NCBI GenBank assembly: GCA_963748815.1
Contig: CAVVKJ010000010.1
Span: 960,001-1,024,000 of the forward strand
Direction of reading: 5' to 3'
DNA length: 64,000 nt
DNA from: an uncultured Gemmatimonadales bacterium
GTDB taxonomy: Bacteria; Gemmatimonadota; Gemmatimonadetes; Gemmatimonadales; GWC2-71-9
Under the pieces are notes generated by a model. It was not told where the DNA came from. It saw only the letters and a program-made list of their open reading frames with translations, and did no database searches. Shown here in pieces: positions 32,909 through 43,276 of the stretch. The position numbers and the translations under genes were made by a program. Each line of letters begins with the position of its first letter. The stretch's first letter is position 1.

Positions 32909-34939
32909 TCAGGCATTCTCCGCGCCCACGAGGGTCGCCTCGTAGCCGGCCTGGGTGCGCCGGGTCTCGGCGATCCCGCCGCCGCCGGGCCACATGGTCA
33001 GGATGCCGCCGACCACCAGCACCATCCCGGCAAACCAGACCCACCAGACCAGCGGATTGATGGTGAAGCGGTACACCGCCTCTTCCGTCCCGTTGACCGA
33101 GCCGGCATAGACGATATAGAGGTCCTCCCGCAGGTCGCTCCGGATGCCGACTTCGGTGGACGGCTCGAAGGTGGGGCGGCCGAAGCTGTCCACGTGCTGG
33201 CGCTTTTCGGACTTCATGACGCCGAGCGACTTGCCGTTGTAGTCGACCTGGACGGTGGCGGCCGACACCACGCGATTGAGGGCGTTGTACTGGGACACCC
33301 CGAGGTGGGTCAGCTTGTAGGTGCCGCCGTAGGGGCTCTGCATCTCGATCGATTCACCGGGCTTCAGCGTGGCTTCCTGGTCGACCCGGAAGGCCATCCC
33401 GGTGAAGGCGATGAACATCAGCAGGATGCCGACGTGCACGATGTAGCCGCCGTACCGGCGCCGGTTGCGGGCGATCAGGTTGAAGAAGGCGGTCGGGATC
33501 GACTCGCCGTGCATCCGGCGGCGGGCCCGGATGCCGCGGTAGAACTCCTGCACCACCGTCCCCATGACGAACGCGCCCAGGGCGACGGTCATGATCGGAT
33601 AGACGTCCCGCATGCCGTCGACGACCAGCGCGAGCGCCGTCACCAGCCCCACCGACACCGGGAAGATGAATTGCCGCTGCAGGTTCCGGGCGGACGCCTT
33701 GCGCCACGCGATCAACGGGCCGATGCCGGTGAGCGCCAGCAGGAAGAGCCCCAGCGGAATATTGACCCGGTTGAAGAAGGGGGGACCCACCGTGATCTTG
33801 GTGCCCCGCACCGCTTCCGAGAGGATCGGGAAGAGCGTGCCCCAGAGCACCGAGAAGGCGATGCCGACCAGCGCCAGGTTGTTGAAGAGGAACGCCGCCT
33901 CGCGGCTCAGCATCGACTCCAGCTTGGCGTCGGGCTCGAGCTCGTCCCACCGGGTGTAGAGCATCGTGAAGCTGAGGACGCCGGCCACCAGCAGGAACGC
34001 GAGGAAGAAGTAGCCGACGTTGGATTGCGTGAAGCTGTGCACGCTGGCAATGACGCCGGACCGGGTGATGAAGGTGCCGAAAATGCTGAGGAGGAAGGTC
34101 GCCACGATGAGCGAAAGGTTCCACCGCTTGAGCATGCCCCGCTTTTCCTGGATCATCACGGAATGCAGGAACGCCGTCATCGTCAGCCACGGCAAGAAGC
34201 TGGCGTTTTCGACCGGGTCCCACGCCCAGTAGCCGCCCCAGCCGAGCTCGACGTACGCCCACCACATGCCGAGGACGATGCCGATCGACAGGAAGACCCA
34301 CGAGACGAGGGTCCACTTCCGGATGGCGACGATCCACCCGCTGTCCAGCCGGCGCCGCAGGAGCGCGGCGATGGCGAACGCGAACGGAATGGTGACGCTG
34401 ATGTACCCGAGATAGAGCATCGGCGGGTGCATGACCATGCCGATGTTCTGGAGCTGCGGGTTGAGCCCGCGGCCGTCCTCGGGAATGAACGCCAGCCGCT
34501 CGAACGGGTTGGCGGCAAAGAGCATCACGATGACGAAGAACACCACCACGATGTTGGTGACGCCCGCCACGTAGGGGAGCAGGTCGGCGTAGCGACGCGA
34601 GGTGATCCACTGGGCCACGGCGGAGAACGACGCCAGCACGACCGCCCAGAAGAGGAGCGACCCCTTCTGCCCGGCCCAGAAGGCCGACACGATGTAATAG
34701 GTGGGCAGGTTCCGGGAAGTGTAGGCCGCCACGTACTCGATGTTGAAGTCGTGGGCGAAGAGTCCCTTCCACAGCGACAGCGCCGCCACCAGGAGCGCGG
34801 CCGCGAGCGCGTAGGACGACCGGATGACGGTCCGTTCAAGGTCGGGGCGGTCCTGCCACTTGCCCGAAAAGGAGAGGACCGCGCCGAAGGTACCGATCAG
34901 GAATGCGACCCACAGCGAGAATTGCCCGAGGAGTGTCAT
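32909..34939 (-). CDS. ccmF: Heme lyase CcmF
   Basis: HPPMLYLGY, WAYVELGWGGYWAWDPVENASFLPW, TRSGVIASVHSF. Confidence 0.97.
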   Translation of the reverse strand: MTLLGQFSLWVAFLIGTFGAVLSFSGKWQDRPDLERTVIRSSYALAAALLVAALSLWKGLFAHDFNIEYVAAYTSRNLPTYYIVSAFWAGQKGSLLFWAVVLASFSAVAQWITSRRYADLLPYVAGVTNIVVVFFVIVMLFAANPFERLAFIPEDGRGLNPQLQNIGMVMHPPMLYLGYISVTIPFAFAIAALLRRRLDSGWIVAIRKWTLVSWVFLSIGIVLGMWWAYVELGWGGYWAWDPVENASFLPWLTMTAFLHSVMIQEKRGMLKRWNLSLIVATFLLSIFGTFITRSGVIASVHSFTQSNVGYFFLAFLLVAGVLSFTMLYTRWDELEPDAKLESMLSREAAFLFNNLALVGIAFSVLWGTLFPILSEAVRGTKITVGPPFFNRVNIPLGLFLLALTGIGPLIAWRKASARNLQRQFIFPVSVGLVTALALVVDGMRDVYPIMTVALGAFVMGTVVQEFYRGIRARRRMHGESIPTAFFNLIARNRRRYGGYIVHVGILLMFIAFTGMAFRVDQEATLKPGESIEMQSPYGGTYKLTHLGVSQYNALNRVVSAATVQVDYNGKSLGVMKSEKRQHVDSFGRPTFEPSTEVGIRSDLREDLYIVYAGSVNGTEEAVYRFTINPLVWWVWFAGMVLVVGGILTMWPGGGGIAETRRTQAGYEATLVGAENA

Positions 34940-34945
34940 CGGGCG

Positions 34946-35365
34946 TCAGGCTGCGGGTGCTTCAGGCGTGGCCTCATAGCGCGAACCGCACTTGGCCAGC
35001 ACGTCGGTGGCGTGGAACACGCCATCGGCGCCGAGACGTCCCTCGACCACCACTTCGATGTCACTGGCGTCGGTGAAGGTGTCCGGCACGAGGCCCCGGT
35101 AGGTCACCGGGTAGACCTGCGTGCCGTCGGTCACCTGGAAGTCCACCGTCTGGGTGGCGGCGTCGCGCACGACCGACCCCGGCACCACGCGGGCGCCCAT
35201 CTTTACGCCGACGTTGTGGAAGGTGGGATCCGCGGAGGCCTTGGAGGCCAGCTCCGTCGGGGTGAGGAAGTAGACGCCCGTCTCCTTGACCCCCTGGAAC
35301 ATCAGGAGCCCGACGCTGCCGACGATCAGCACGGCGCCGAAGAGGAACTTGTGGCCAGGCTTCAT
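34946..35365 (-). CDS. ccmE: Heme chaperone CcmE, CxxxY variant
   Basis: N-terminal TM, YFLTPTE, YRGLVPDTF, VVVEG, VLAKCGSRY. Confidence 0.9.
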   Translation of the reverse strand: MKPGHKFLFGAVLIVGSVGLLMFQGVKETGVYFLTPTELASKASADPTFHNVGVKMGARVVPGSVVRDAATQTVDFQVTDGTQVYPVTYRGLVPDTFTDASDIEVVVEGRLGADGVFHATDVLAKCGSRYEATPEAPAA

Positions 35366-35482
35366 GGTCCCGCTCCCTGCGAATAGTTGGATTCCGACTG
35401 GACTCCTCAACAATCGGCGGGCGGCCCCGCGGGAGCAAGCCCCGAACGGCCGCCTAAGGACTTCTTCACGCCGGCTTTACCC

Positions 35483-36286
35483 TCACTGCCCCGAGGTGGC
35501 CGCCTGCTGGAAATCGGTCATCATGCGCTCGTGGTCGCCGTACTCGGACCGCCCCTTCTTCATCTCTGCATCGTAATGTGACAGGAACGCCTTGTAGGCC
35601 TTCTGCAAGGCAGCATCGTCCTTGTTCCAGCGCGCCACCGTGCCCTGGATCACATACCCGAAGAGGTGCCCCGGATCCTTGGCCAGGAGGGTGTCGGCGA
35701 TGGCGCTCGCCCCGGCCACGTCGCCGCCGTGGAGCTTCAGGGTCGCGAGGTGAAACCGGGCGTCGGCATCGACCGCATCGAGCTGCTCGTAGGCCATCAG
35801 CGCCATCGGCGTGAAGGTCGTCACCGTCTGCTGGTCACCCGACTCCGAGGCCCGCATGATCCGGTTGTAGAGGGCGTCGAATCGTTGCCGCGGGGTCATG
35901 TTGCTGATGTCAGGCGGCGTGCCGCCGCCTGCCCCGCCCGCGAAGGGAGCCGCCGACCCACTCGCGCCGACCGCGCCGGCCGCCTCGGCGGGACCCTGAT
36001 TTCCCTTGACCACCAGCGCGAGGACCGCGACCAGGAGGACGGCCGAGATGGCAGCGGCCATCGCCCAGGCCTTCCGCTCCCCCTGAGGGCTCCCGGCGCC
36101 CCCGGCGCCCGCGCCGGCTCCCGGCACGCTCGGTGTCCCGCACTGGGTGCAGAACTTGGCGCCGGCGGCCAGCGGGGCCTGACAGGAGCTGCAGTTCCGC
36201 GGGCCGAGGCTGGCACCACAGTGACGACAGAACTTCCCTTCGGCATCGGCACCGCATGAGGGACAACGGGTGGTCTTGGAGGCCAT
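35483..36286 (-). CDS. Double zinc-ribbon, TM and TPR-like protein
   Basis: CPSCG..FCRHCG..CSSC..FCTQCG, one TM, helical C-terminal domain; upstream of ccmE. Confidence 0.7.
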   Translation of the reverse strand: MASKTTRCPSCGADAEGKFCRHCGASLGPRNCSSCQAPLAAGAKFCTQCGTPSVPGAGAGAGGAGSPQGERKAWAMAAAISAVLLVAVLALVVKGNQGPAEAAGAVGASGSAAPFAGGAGGGTPPDISNMTPRQRFDALYNRIMRASESGDQQTVTTFTPMALMAYEQLDAVDADARFHLATLKLHGGDVAGASAIADTLLAKDPGHLFGYVIQGTVARWNKDDAALQKAYKAFLSHYDAEMKKGRSEYGDHERMMTDFQQAATSGQ

Positions 36287-36376
36287 CGGGCAGAATCCAT
36301 GGTATGAGGGTGGAAGGCGGTCGGCACCAATCTAGCCAGACCGCCGCAATTGCGGGACCGGAATACTACTGATGGG

Positions 36377-37436
36377 TCAGCAGATGCGGGGGAGCTGGTC
36401 TCCCGGCAGCATATCGACGATGCGGGTGCCCCCGAGCCCCGTCCGGAGGACCACCATCCCCGGGTGTTCGGCGACCGCCGTCCCGGCGATGACCGCCTGC
36501 GCGCCGAGCGGGTGGCTGCGGAGCGCCGTGAGGGCGGCGTCCGCCGCAGCCTGGCTCGACGAACGCCACGAGCACCCCCTCATTCGCCACGTACATCACG
36601 TCCAGGCCGAGGAGATCGCAGACCGAGGCGACCGGCCCGGGGACGGGGAGGACGCCGTCCTCCAGCACCACGCCGACCTTCGAGGCGGCGGCAATTTCAT
36701 TCAGGGCGCTGGCCAGTCCACCCCGGGTCGGATCGCGCAGCACGTGGACCGACGACCCCACCGACACGCGGAGCAACTCCACGAGCGGCAGGAGGGTGGC
36801 GGCATCGCTCTCGATGGCGGCCTCGAAGGCAATCCCCTCGCGGGCTGCCATGATTGCCGTACCATGCGAACCGATCGGCCCGCTTACGAGCACGGCGTCC
36901 CCGGCACGCGCGCGGTCGGGACCGGGCCGGAAGGAGGGGTGTAACGTTCCGATACCGGTCGTATTGATATAGAGCTGGTCGGCCTTGCCCCGTTCCACGA
37001 CCTTGGTGTCTCCCGACACCACCGGGACCCCTGCCGCCCCTGCCGCCGCGGCCATCGAGGCGAGCACCCGATCGAGGAGGGCAAGGTCGAGACCCTCTTC
37101 CAGCACGAAGCCGACCGTCAGGCAGACGGGCCTCGCCCCGACCATGGCGAGGTCGTTCAGGGTGCCATGCACCGACAACGATCCGATGTTGCCGCCGGGA
37201 AACTCGACCGGGCTCACCACGAACGTGTCCGTGGAGACGGCGACCTGCTGCCCGTTGAGGTTGAGGACCGCCGCGTCGCCCAGTTGCTCGAGGATCGGGT
37301 TGCGGAGGTGCGGAAGAAAGCGCTCCTGCAGCAGCGCCGCGCTGAGCTTGCCGCCGGAACCGTGCCCGAGCTGGACGCGGTCGGTGGCCACGATGGGCAC
37401 CGGACAGGCGGGACCGCTCCCGATGGTGATGGTCAT
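36377..37436 (-). CDS. hypE: Hydrogenase maturation protein HypE (frameshift near 36550)
   Basis: HGSGGK, GDTKVVE, RDPTRGG, ANEG and C-terminal LPRIC in a second frame. Confidence 0.93.
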
Positions 37437-37437
37437 T

Positions 37438-38547
37438 TCATCCCCCCGGGGCAACGGCCGCCCGATGGCGTCCGAAATTGTAGTACGCGGCGCACGCCCC
37501 TTCCGAGGAGACCATCGGGGCCCCGAGGGGACGCTCTGGGGTGCAAAGTGTGCCGAACGCCGGACACTCGTACGGCTTCAGCGTGCCGCGAAGCACTTCG
37601 CCGGCCCGGCACTCCGCCGGCTCGTCCACCTCGATGTCCTCCAGCCCGAACCGCAGCTCGGCGTCGAAGTCCGAGAACTCGGGCCGCAGGACCAGCCCGC
37701 TCTTCGGGATGGTGCCGACGCCGCGCCATTTCCGGTCGGCCAGCTCGAAGACCTGGCGCACCAGGTCCTGCGCCGGCGGCGTCCCGATCCGGCGGACGGC
37801 GCGGACATACTGGTTCTCCACCTCGTGCCGCCCCTCCTCGAGCTGGCGCACCGCGAGGGCAATCCCTTCCAGGATGTCGACCGGCTCGAACCCGGTGACG
37901 ACGATCGGCACCTTGAACCGCGCGGCGATGGGCTCGTACTCCTTCCATCCCATCACGCTGCAGACGTGACCCGCCGCCAGGAAGCCCTGCACCCGGTTCT
38001 CGGGGGAATCGAGGATGGCCACCATCGCGGGGGGCACCGTCACGTGCGACACGAGCACGCTGAAGTTGGGCACCCCGAGCTCCTTCGCGCGGAACACCGC
38101 CATGGCGTTGGCCGGCGCCGTCGTCTCGAAGCCCACCGCGAAGAACACCACCTGCTTGTCGGGATGCTTGACGGCCAGCTCGAGGGCGTCGAGGGGGGAG
38201 TACACCACCCGCACATTCCCGCCCCGCGCCCGGACCTGCTGGAGATCGCACTCGCTGCCGGGGACGCGGAGCATGTCGCCGAAGGAGGTGAACAGCACGT
38301 CGGGCCGCGCCGCGAGGGTCAGCGCCTTGTCGATTTGCTCCAGCGACGTGACGCAGACCGGGCAGCCGGGGCCGTGAATCATCTCGACGGCCGGGGCGAG
38401 AATTTCATCGAGCCCCTGCTTGACGATGGTATGGGTCTGGCCGCCGCACACCTCCATCAGGACCCAGCGCCGCGTGGCGGAATCGAGAATCTGGCGGACG
38501 AGGGCCCGCGCCAGGGCGGGATCCCGGTACTCGTTGAGGTATCTCAT
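37438..38547 (-). CDS. hypD: Hydrogenase maturation protein HypD
   Basis: [34 protein letters not shown]. Confidence 0.97.
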   Translation of the reverse strand: MRYLNEYRDPALARALVRQILDSATRRWVLMEVCGGQTHTIVKQGLDEILAPAVEMIHGPGCPVCVTSLEQIDKALTLAARPDVLFTSFGDMLRVPGSECDLQQVRARGGNVRVVYSPLDALELAVKHPDKQVVFFAVGFETTAPANAMAVFRAKELGVPNFSVLVSHVTVPPAMVAILDSPENRVQGFLAAGHVCSVMGWKEYEPIAARFKVPIVVTGFEPVDILEGIALAVRQLEEGRHEVENQYVRAVRRIGTPPAQDLVRQVFELADRKWRGVGTIPKSGLVLRPEFSDFDAELRFGLEDIEVDEPAECRAGEVLRGTLKPYECPAFGTLCTPERPLGAPMVSSEGACAAYYNFGRHRAAVAPGG

Positions 38548-38798
38548 GGCGCCGCTCCCAGCTCCCCCTCGAGGAGGCTCATCTCGCGGAGCATTTCGTA
38601 CGTCCGCTTCGCTTCCTCCTCGTCCACGCGGGAAATCGCGAAGCCGACATGAACCACCACGTAGTCCCCCGCCTTCACCTCATCGGCCACGTAGGCCAGG
38701 CAGACGTCGCGGCGCACGCCCCCGAAGTCCACGGTGCCCATCGGCAGGCCGCGATCGCCGCGGATGTCCACGATCTGTCCAGGTATGCCGAGACACAT
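38544..38798 (-). CDS. hypC: HypC/HybG chaperone
   Basis: MCLGIPG, VHVGFA. Confidence 0.97.
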   Translation of the reverse strand: MCLGIPGQIVDIRGDRGLPMGTVDFGGVRRDVCLAYVADEVKAGDYVVVHVGFAISRVDEEEAKRTYEMLREMSLLEGELGAAP

Positions 38799-38824
38799 GG
38801 AACGCCTCCTTCAGGTTCAGTCGG

Positions 38825-41107
38825 TCAACGCGCCAGCCGGGCGGCAGCCACCGCGGCCTGTCCAAAGCTGATGCCACCATCATTGGGGCTGAGGCGTCGC
38901 GGCCAGAGCACCGTCATCCCGAATCCCTGCAGCCGGCCCACGAGGGAGGTCAGCAGCCGCGCGTTCTGGAAGGTACCGCCGCCCAGGGTGACGGTGCGGA
39001 TGCCACTCTCCTCTGACACTCGTCGGATCACTTCGGCGGCGGCCCACGCGACGCTGGCGTGAAAATCGGCCGCGAGGTCGGCGATGTCGTCGCCGCGCTG
39101 ACGCCGTGAGCCAAGCACCGCCAGGAGATGCAAAGGATCGATGACCCAGGCCCCCTCGTCGGAGCGCTCCAGTCCCACCCGGATTTCGGAGGCGACCCGC
39201 CGCCCGGCGAGCGATTCAAGTTCCATCGCGGCCTGCCCCTCGTAGTCCGCCTTGAGGCGCAGCCCGAGCACGGCGGCCGCCGCATCGAAGAGCCGGCCCA
39301 TCGACGAGGCCCACGGCGCGTTGACGCCGCGGGTCGCCTGCAGCTCAGCCACCGCGCGTTCCGCCTCCTGGATGCCGTCGAGCGCCAGGGTGAACGCCGG
39401 CCCGAGGTGCGGATCGAGCATCAGGTAGCCGAGGGCGGCGCGCCAGGGGTTGCGGGCCGCGAGGTCGCCGCCCGGAAGCGGGGCAGGGCGCAGGTGGCCG
39501 ACGCGACGGAAGCCGAGCAGGTCGGCCTGCAGCACTTCCCCGCCCCAGACACCGCCATCGGCCCCGTAGCCCACGCCGTCGAAGGCGAGCGCGAGGACCG
39601 GGTCGGTGCGTCCGTGCTCCGCCATGACGGCGGCGGCGTGCGCGTGGTGGTGCTGGACCGGTTCGAGGACCCGAAGTCCCATTTCCTGCGCAATGCGGGT
39701 CGAGAAATATCCCGGATGCAGATCGTGGACGACGGCCTCGGGCGCCAGGCGGAAGAGCGCCTGGAACCGGGCGAGCGCCGACCGAAAGTGTTCGAGCGTC
39801 TCCAGGTTCTCGAGATCGCCGATGTGCTGACTGACCCAGGCCCGCGAGCCGTGCACGAGGGTGAAGGTGTTCTTCAGGTGCGGCCCGACCGCCAGGAACG
39901 GCAACGGGCTCGCGACCGGCAGGTCGAGGGGGAGGGGCGCGTACCCGCGCGCACGCCGCAACAGGATCGGGCCGATCTCGGTGGACCGCACGACCGAATC
40001 GTCGTACCGGGCCACGATCTCGCGGTCGTGGAGGAGAAAGCCGTCGGCGATCCCCTCCAGCCGGGCCAGCGCCTCCGCATTGCCGGTGGCGATCGGTTCC
40101 TCGCTCACGTTGCCGCTGGTCATCACGAGCGGGCGCCGCACCCGGTCGAGGAGGAGGTTATGCAGCGGCGTGGTCGGGAGCATGACGCCCACCCACGCGA
40201 GCCCGGGGGCGACGCCCTCTGCCAGCGGATCCCGATCGCCCCGCTCGAGGAGGACGATCGGACGCCTGGGTGAACGGAGCAGGATCGCCTCGTCCCGGCC
40301 CACGACCCCGAGCTTCCCCGCCTCGTCCAGCGTTCGGACCATGACGGCGAGCGGCTTCGCCTCGCGCCGCTTCCGCCGCCGGAGCTGGGCCACCGCCGAG
40401 CTGTTGGTGGCATCCACCGCGAGCTGGAAGCCGCCGACGCCCTTCAGCGCGACGACACCGCCCTTGAACAGTGTCAGCGCCGCCGCGGAGAGCGCCTCCT
40501 CCGACCCGGCGGTGTGGGAAACCCCGTCCGATTGGGCGTACCAGAGGCGCGGACCGCAGGCGGGGCAGCTGTTCGTCTCCGAGTGGTGCCGCCGGTCGCC
40601 GGGCGAGTCGTACTCGCGCTGGCAGGCGGCGCACTGCGTGAAGGCCGCCATGCTGGTGCGCGCACGATCGTACGGCATCGATTCGATGACGGTGAAGCGC
40701 GGGCCGCAGTCGGTGCAGGTGATGAACGGGTAGCCGTACCGGCGGTCGGCCGGATCCTTCAATTCTGCCTCGCAGGCCGCGCAGACCGCCACGTCGGGCG
40801 AGACCGGCTGCCGGCGGTCGGGCTGGTCCCGGCTGACCTCGATCGAAAACCCCGAGCAGCCCGTCACGGCGCGTGGCTCGACCGCGATCCGTTCGATCTG
40901 CGCGAGAGGTGGCGCCTCGAGCTCGAGCGCGGCCAGGAACTCCTGCAGCGCACCGGGAGCACCCTCGACCTCGATCAGAACTTCCCCGGAGGCGTTGAGG
41001 ACCCAGCCGTCGAGTTGGTGGCGCACGGCCAGCCGATGCACAAAGGGGCGGAAACCCACCCCCTGTACAACGCCAGTGACTCGGACGCGCGCGCCCCTCC
41101 CGGTCGT
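38825..41107 (-). CDS. hypF: Carbamoyltransferase HypF (true start unclear, near 41110)
   Basis: VTGVVQGVGFRPFV acylphosphatase domain, zinc fingers CTDCGPR and CPACGP, HDLHP, QHHHAH, PNDGGISFGQ. Confidence 0.95.
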   Translation of the reverse strand, partial: TTGRGARVRVTGVVQGVGFRPFVHRLAVRHQLDGWVLNASGEVLIEVEGAPGALQEFLAALELEAPPLAQIERIAVEPRAVTGCSGFSIEVSRDQPDRRQPVSPDVAVCAACEAELKDPADRRYGYPFITCTDCGPRFTVIESMPYDRARTSMAAFTQCAACQREYDSPGDRRHHSETNSCPACGPRLWYAQSDGVSHTAGSEEALSAAALTLFKGGVVALKGVGGFQLAVDATNSSAVAQLRRRKRREAKPLAVMVRTLDEAGKLGVVGRDEAILLRSPRRPIVLLERGDRDPLAEGVAPGLAWVGVMLPTTPLHNLLLDRVRRPLVMTSGNVSEEPIATGNAEALARLEGIADGFLLHDREIVARYDDSVVRSTEIGPILLRRARGYAPLPLDLPVASPLPFLAVGPHLKNTFTLVHGSRAWVSQHIGDLENLETLEHFRSALARFQALFRLAPEAVVHDLHPGYFSTRIAQEMGLRVLEPVQHHHAHAAAVMAEHGRTDPVLALAFDGVGYGADGGVWGGEVLQADLLGFRRVGHLRPAPLPGGDLAARNPWRAALGYLMLDPHLGPAFTLALDGIQEAERAVAELQATRGVNAPWASSMGRLFDAAAAVLGLRLKADYEGQAAMELESLAGRRVASEIRVGLERSDEGAWVIDPLHLLAVLGSRRQRGDDIADLAADFHASVAWAAAEVIRRVSEESGIRTVTLGGGTFQNARLLTSLVGRLQGFGMTVLWPRRLSPNDGGISFGQAAVAAARLAR

Positions 41108-41779
41108 TCAGACCGATACGGGGCGCCGCGCCAGCTGCCGGAGAAAGTTGAACCACGTGTCGAGCCCCTCACCGGTAAGGGCGGAGGTCCGGAAGAACTC
41201 CAGCTCCGGATTCACCTCGCGCGCGAAGCCCAGCGCCTGCTCCACGTCGAACGGCACGTACGGGAGCAGGTCGACCTTGGTCAGGACGGCGTACCGGGCC
41301 TGCCGGAACACCTTGGGATACTTGAGCGGCTTGTCCTCGCCTTCGGTGACCGAGAAGAGCACCACCTTGGCGTCCTCCCCGAGGTCCCAGCTCGCGGGGC
41401 ACACCAGGTTGCCGACATTTTCCACGAAGAGCAGGTCGGTGGCGGCCAGGTCGATGGCCTCCAGGGCGGTGTCCACTTGTTTGGCGTCGAGGTGGCAGGC
41501 GCCGCCGGTCACCACCGCCTGCACCAGGCGCGTCGTGTGGCGGGCCAGGCGGTCGGCGTCGTTCTGGGTCTGGACATCGCCGGTGACCACGGCCATCCGG
41601 AGCTCCTCGCCGAGGGCGGCAAGGGTGCGCTCGAGGAGGAGCGTCTTTCCGGAGCCGGGGGAGGAGACGAAGTTGAGCGCTGGCACGCCGGCCGCGGCGA
41701 GCCGCGCCCGGACCGTCTCGGCGATCTCGTTGTTGCGAGCCATGACCGGCTCTCGGAGTTCAATGGTCCTGACGGTCAT
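41108..41779 (-). CDS. hypB: Nickel-insertion GTPase HypB
   Basis: SSPGSGKT, TGGACHLDA, ENVGNLVCP, EGEDKPLKYP. Confidence 0.97.
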   Translation of the reverse strand: MTVRTIELREPVMARNNEIAETVRARLAAAGVPALNFVSSPGSGKTLLLERTLAALGEELRMAVVTGDVQTQNDADRLARHTTRLVQAVVTGGACHLDAKQVDTALEAIDLAATDLLFVENVGNLVCPASWDLGEDAKVVLFSVTEGEDKPLKYPKVFRQARYAVLTKVDLLPYVPFDVEQALGFAREVNPELEFFRTSALTGEGLDTWFNFLRQLARRPVSV

Positions 41780-42020
41780 CGTCCAGCTCCAGGTAAGTGA
41801 CGCGGAGGACATCGCCCGCGCAGCGAGTCATCTCCGGACGCGCCTTGTGGAACGGCGGCGCCGCGAGGAGCGCCTCGAGGCAGAAGAGGAGATTGTCGGG
41901 CTCGAGGCCGGAGTCGTCGCCGACATCGAGCCCGACGGTGATGAGCTGCGGAAGTTCTGCCGGGGAGAGCCGCGCCTCCGCCAGGCGGCAGACCTCCACC
42001 GCCACGCTCATTTCATGCAT
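41760..42020 (-). CDS. hypA: HypA nickel chaperone, short form without the zinc-finger domain
   Basis: MHEMS nickel motif, VGDDSGLEPDNLLFC, GDVLRVTYLE; 86 aa, no CxxC pairs. Confidence 0.8.
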   Translation of the reverse strand: MHEMSVAVEVCRLAEARLSPAELPQLITVGLDVGDDSGLEPDNLLFCLEALLAAPPFHKARPEMTRCAGDVLRVTYLELDDDRQDH

Positions 42021-42522
42021 GGGCCGGCGCGCGCGGCGAGACCCGGATGCCCCAATCCCTGAGTTGACCCGCCATCCGCTCCGGCAGGCGGTGCGTCCCC
42101 CGCTCCACCGCCGGTGTCATGTCGGACCGCATCTCGATCGTGACCGGCTCGACGCCGAGCGCCACGGTCATCTGCGGGAGGGTGCCCCGCACTTGCGCGA
42201 GGGTCAACACGTCGACGATATCGACCTGGTGCGCCGAGAGCTTCTGCCCCAGCACCCTGGGCAGGTCGGGTCCGTCCACGAAGACGTCCGCGCCGGGCGC
42301 GAGCCCGGCACGGATGGCATCGACCAGCAGCAGCTTCCCGGCGGACTCGATGTACGGGAGGAGGTTCATCCCCCAGGTTCCCCCGTCCATGAGCTCGACG
42401 CCCTCGCCCACCTCGAACTGGTCACGGAATCGCTCCAGCGCGATGATGCCGACGCCGTCGTCACCCATGATCGGGTTGCCGAGGCCCAGCACGAGGACCG
42501 GCCGGACACTACTCGTCCACAT
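42013..42522 (-). CDS. Hydrogenase maturation endopeptidase (HyaD/HybD family)
   Basis: VLGLGNPIMGDDGVG, DGGT, VDA, SAHQ. Confidence 0.93.
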   Translation of the reverse strand: MWTSSVRPVLVLGLGNPIMGDDGVGIIALERFRDQFEVGEGVELMDGGTWGMNLLPYIESAGKLLLVDAIRAGLAPGADVFVDGPDLPRVLGQKLSAHQVDIVDVLTLAQVRGTLPQMTVALGVEPVTIEMRSDMTPAVERGTHRLPERMAGQLRDWGIRVSPRAPAHA

Positions 42523-43276
42523 AGTCGTGGTCGGCGCGAACGTAGTGACCACCGCTGACGATCCCCGACAGCCCGCCGCCGTGCTCGGTGATTTCCTTCC
42601 GCATCACGAGATAGATGTGGATGATGGGGAAGATGATGAACCACCAGACGCAGAGATGGTGCACGAGCCGGACCATCTGGATGCCGCCGACGGCGTTGAT
42701 CATCGGCTGCGTGAGGGAGTACCAGAATCCGCCAGGACTGGCCTGGCCGTACATCGAGAATCCGGTGACCACCACGACCACCGACACGACGTAGGTGAAG
42801 GTGTAGCTCAATTGCTGCAGCGGATTGTGCCCGATGTAGTGCACGCCCTCGCCCTCGCCGATCATCAGGTAGTACTTCACCTGCTTCCACAGGTTGACCC
42901 AGTCCCGCACGCGGATCGGGAAGAGCGCGGGCAGCCGCTCGAACTGGTTGCCCGCGAAGAGCCAGTACACCCGCACGAGGCCGGTCATCACAAACACGCC
43001 AGCGGCGATGTAGTGCGCCAGGCGGATGTAGCCCATCAGGTACTGCGGCGGCCCCCCGGTGGTCAGGAAATAGGGGCGGCCGATGTAGAGGCCGGTCACG
43101 ATCAGGACGACGATCGCGAGGGCCGCGATCCAGTGCATGGCGCGGAGCGGGGCGCCCCACGGTTCCACCCAACGGTAGTTTCCACTGGGGGGCGCGAACC
43201 GCGCCCCGAGGGGGAAGAGCGGCGAGTCGGCCATTGGCGGCGGCGCGGGGCCGTGCCGCGGAGTGGATGTCGTCAT
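42509..43276 (-). CDS. Ni/Fe-hydrogenase cytochrome b subunit (HyaC-type)
   Basis: RAMHW, RLAHY, GHNPLQQ, RLVHH..IHIY heme-ligand histidines; four TM helices. Confidence 0.93.
   Translation of the reverse strand: MTTSTPRHGPAPPPMADSPLFPLGARFAPPSGNYRWVEPWGAPLRAMHWIAALAIVVLIVTGLYIGRPYFLTTGGPPQYLMGYIRLAHYIAAGVFVMTGLVRVYWLFAGNQFERLPALFPIRVRDWVNLWKQVKYYLMIGEGEGVHYIGHNPLQQLSYTFTYVVSVVVVVTGFSMYGQASPGGFWYSLTQPMINAVGGIQMVRLVHHLCVWWFIIFPIIHIYLVMRKEITEHGGGLSGIVSGGHYVRADHDYVDE

Noticed and set aside
41059..41110. hypB-hypF readthrough or selenocysteine fusion (hypF is in frame behind the hypB TGA with no start codon)
   Set aside because: The position is not a catalytic Cys site, and an indel near the hypF start explains it given the error rate in this window.
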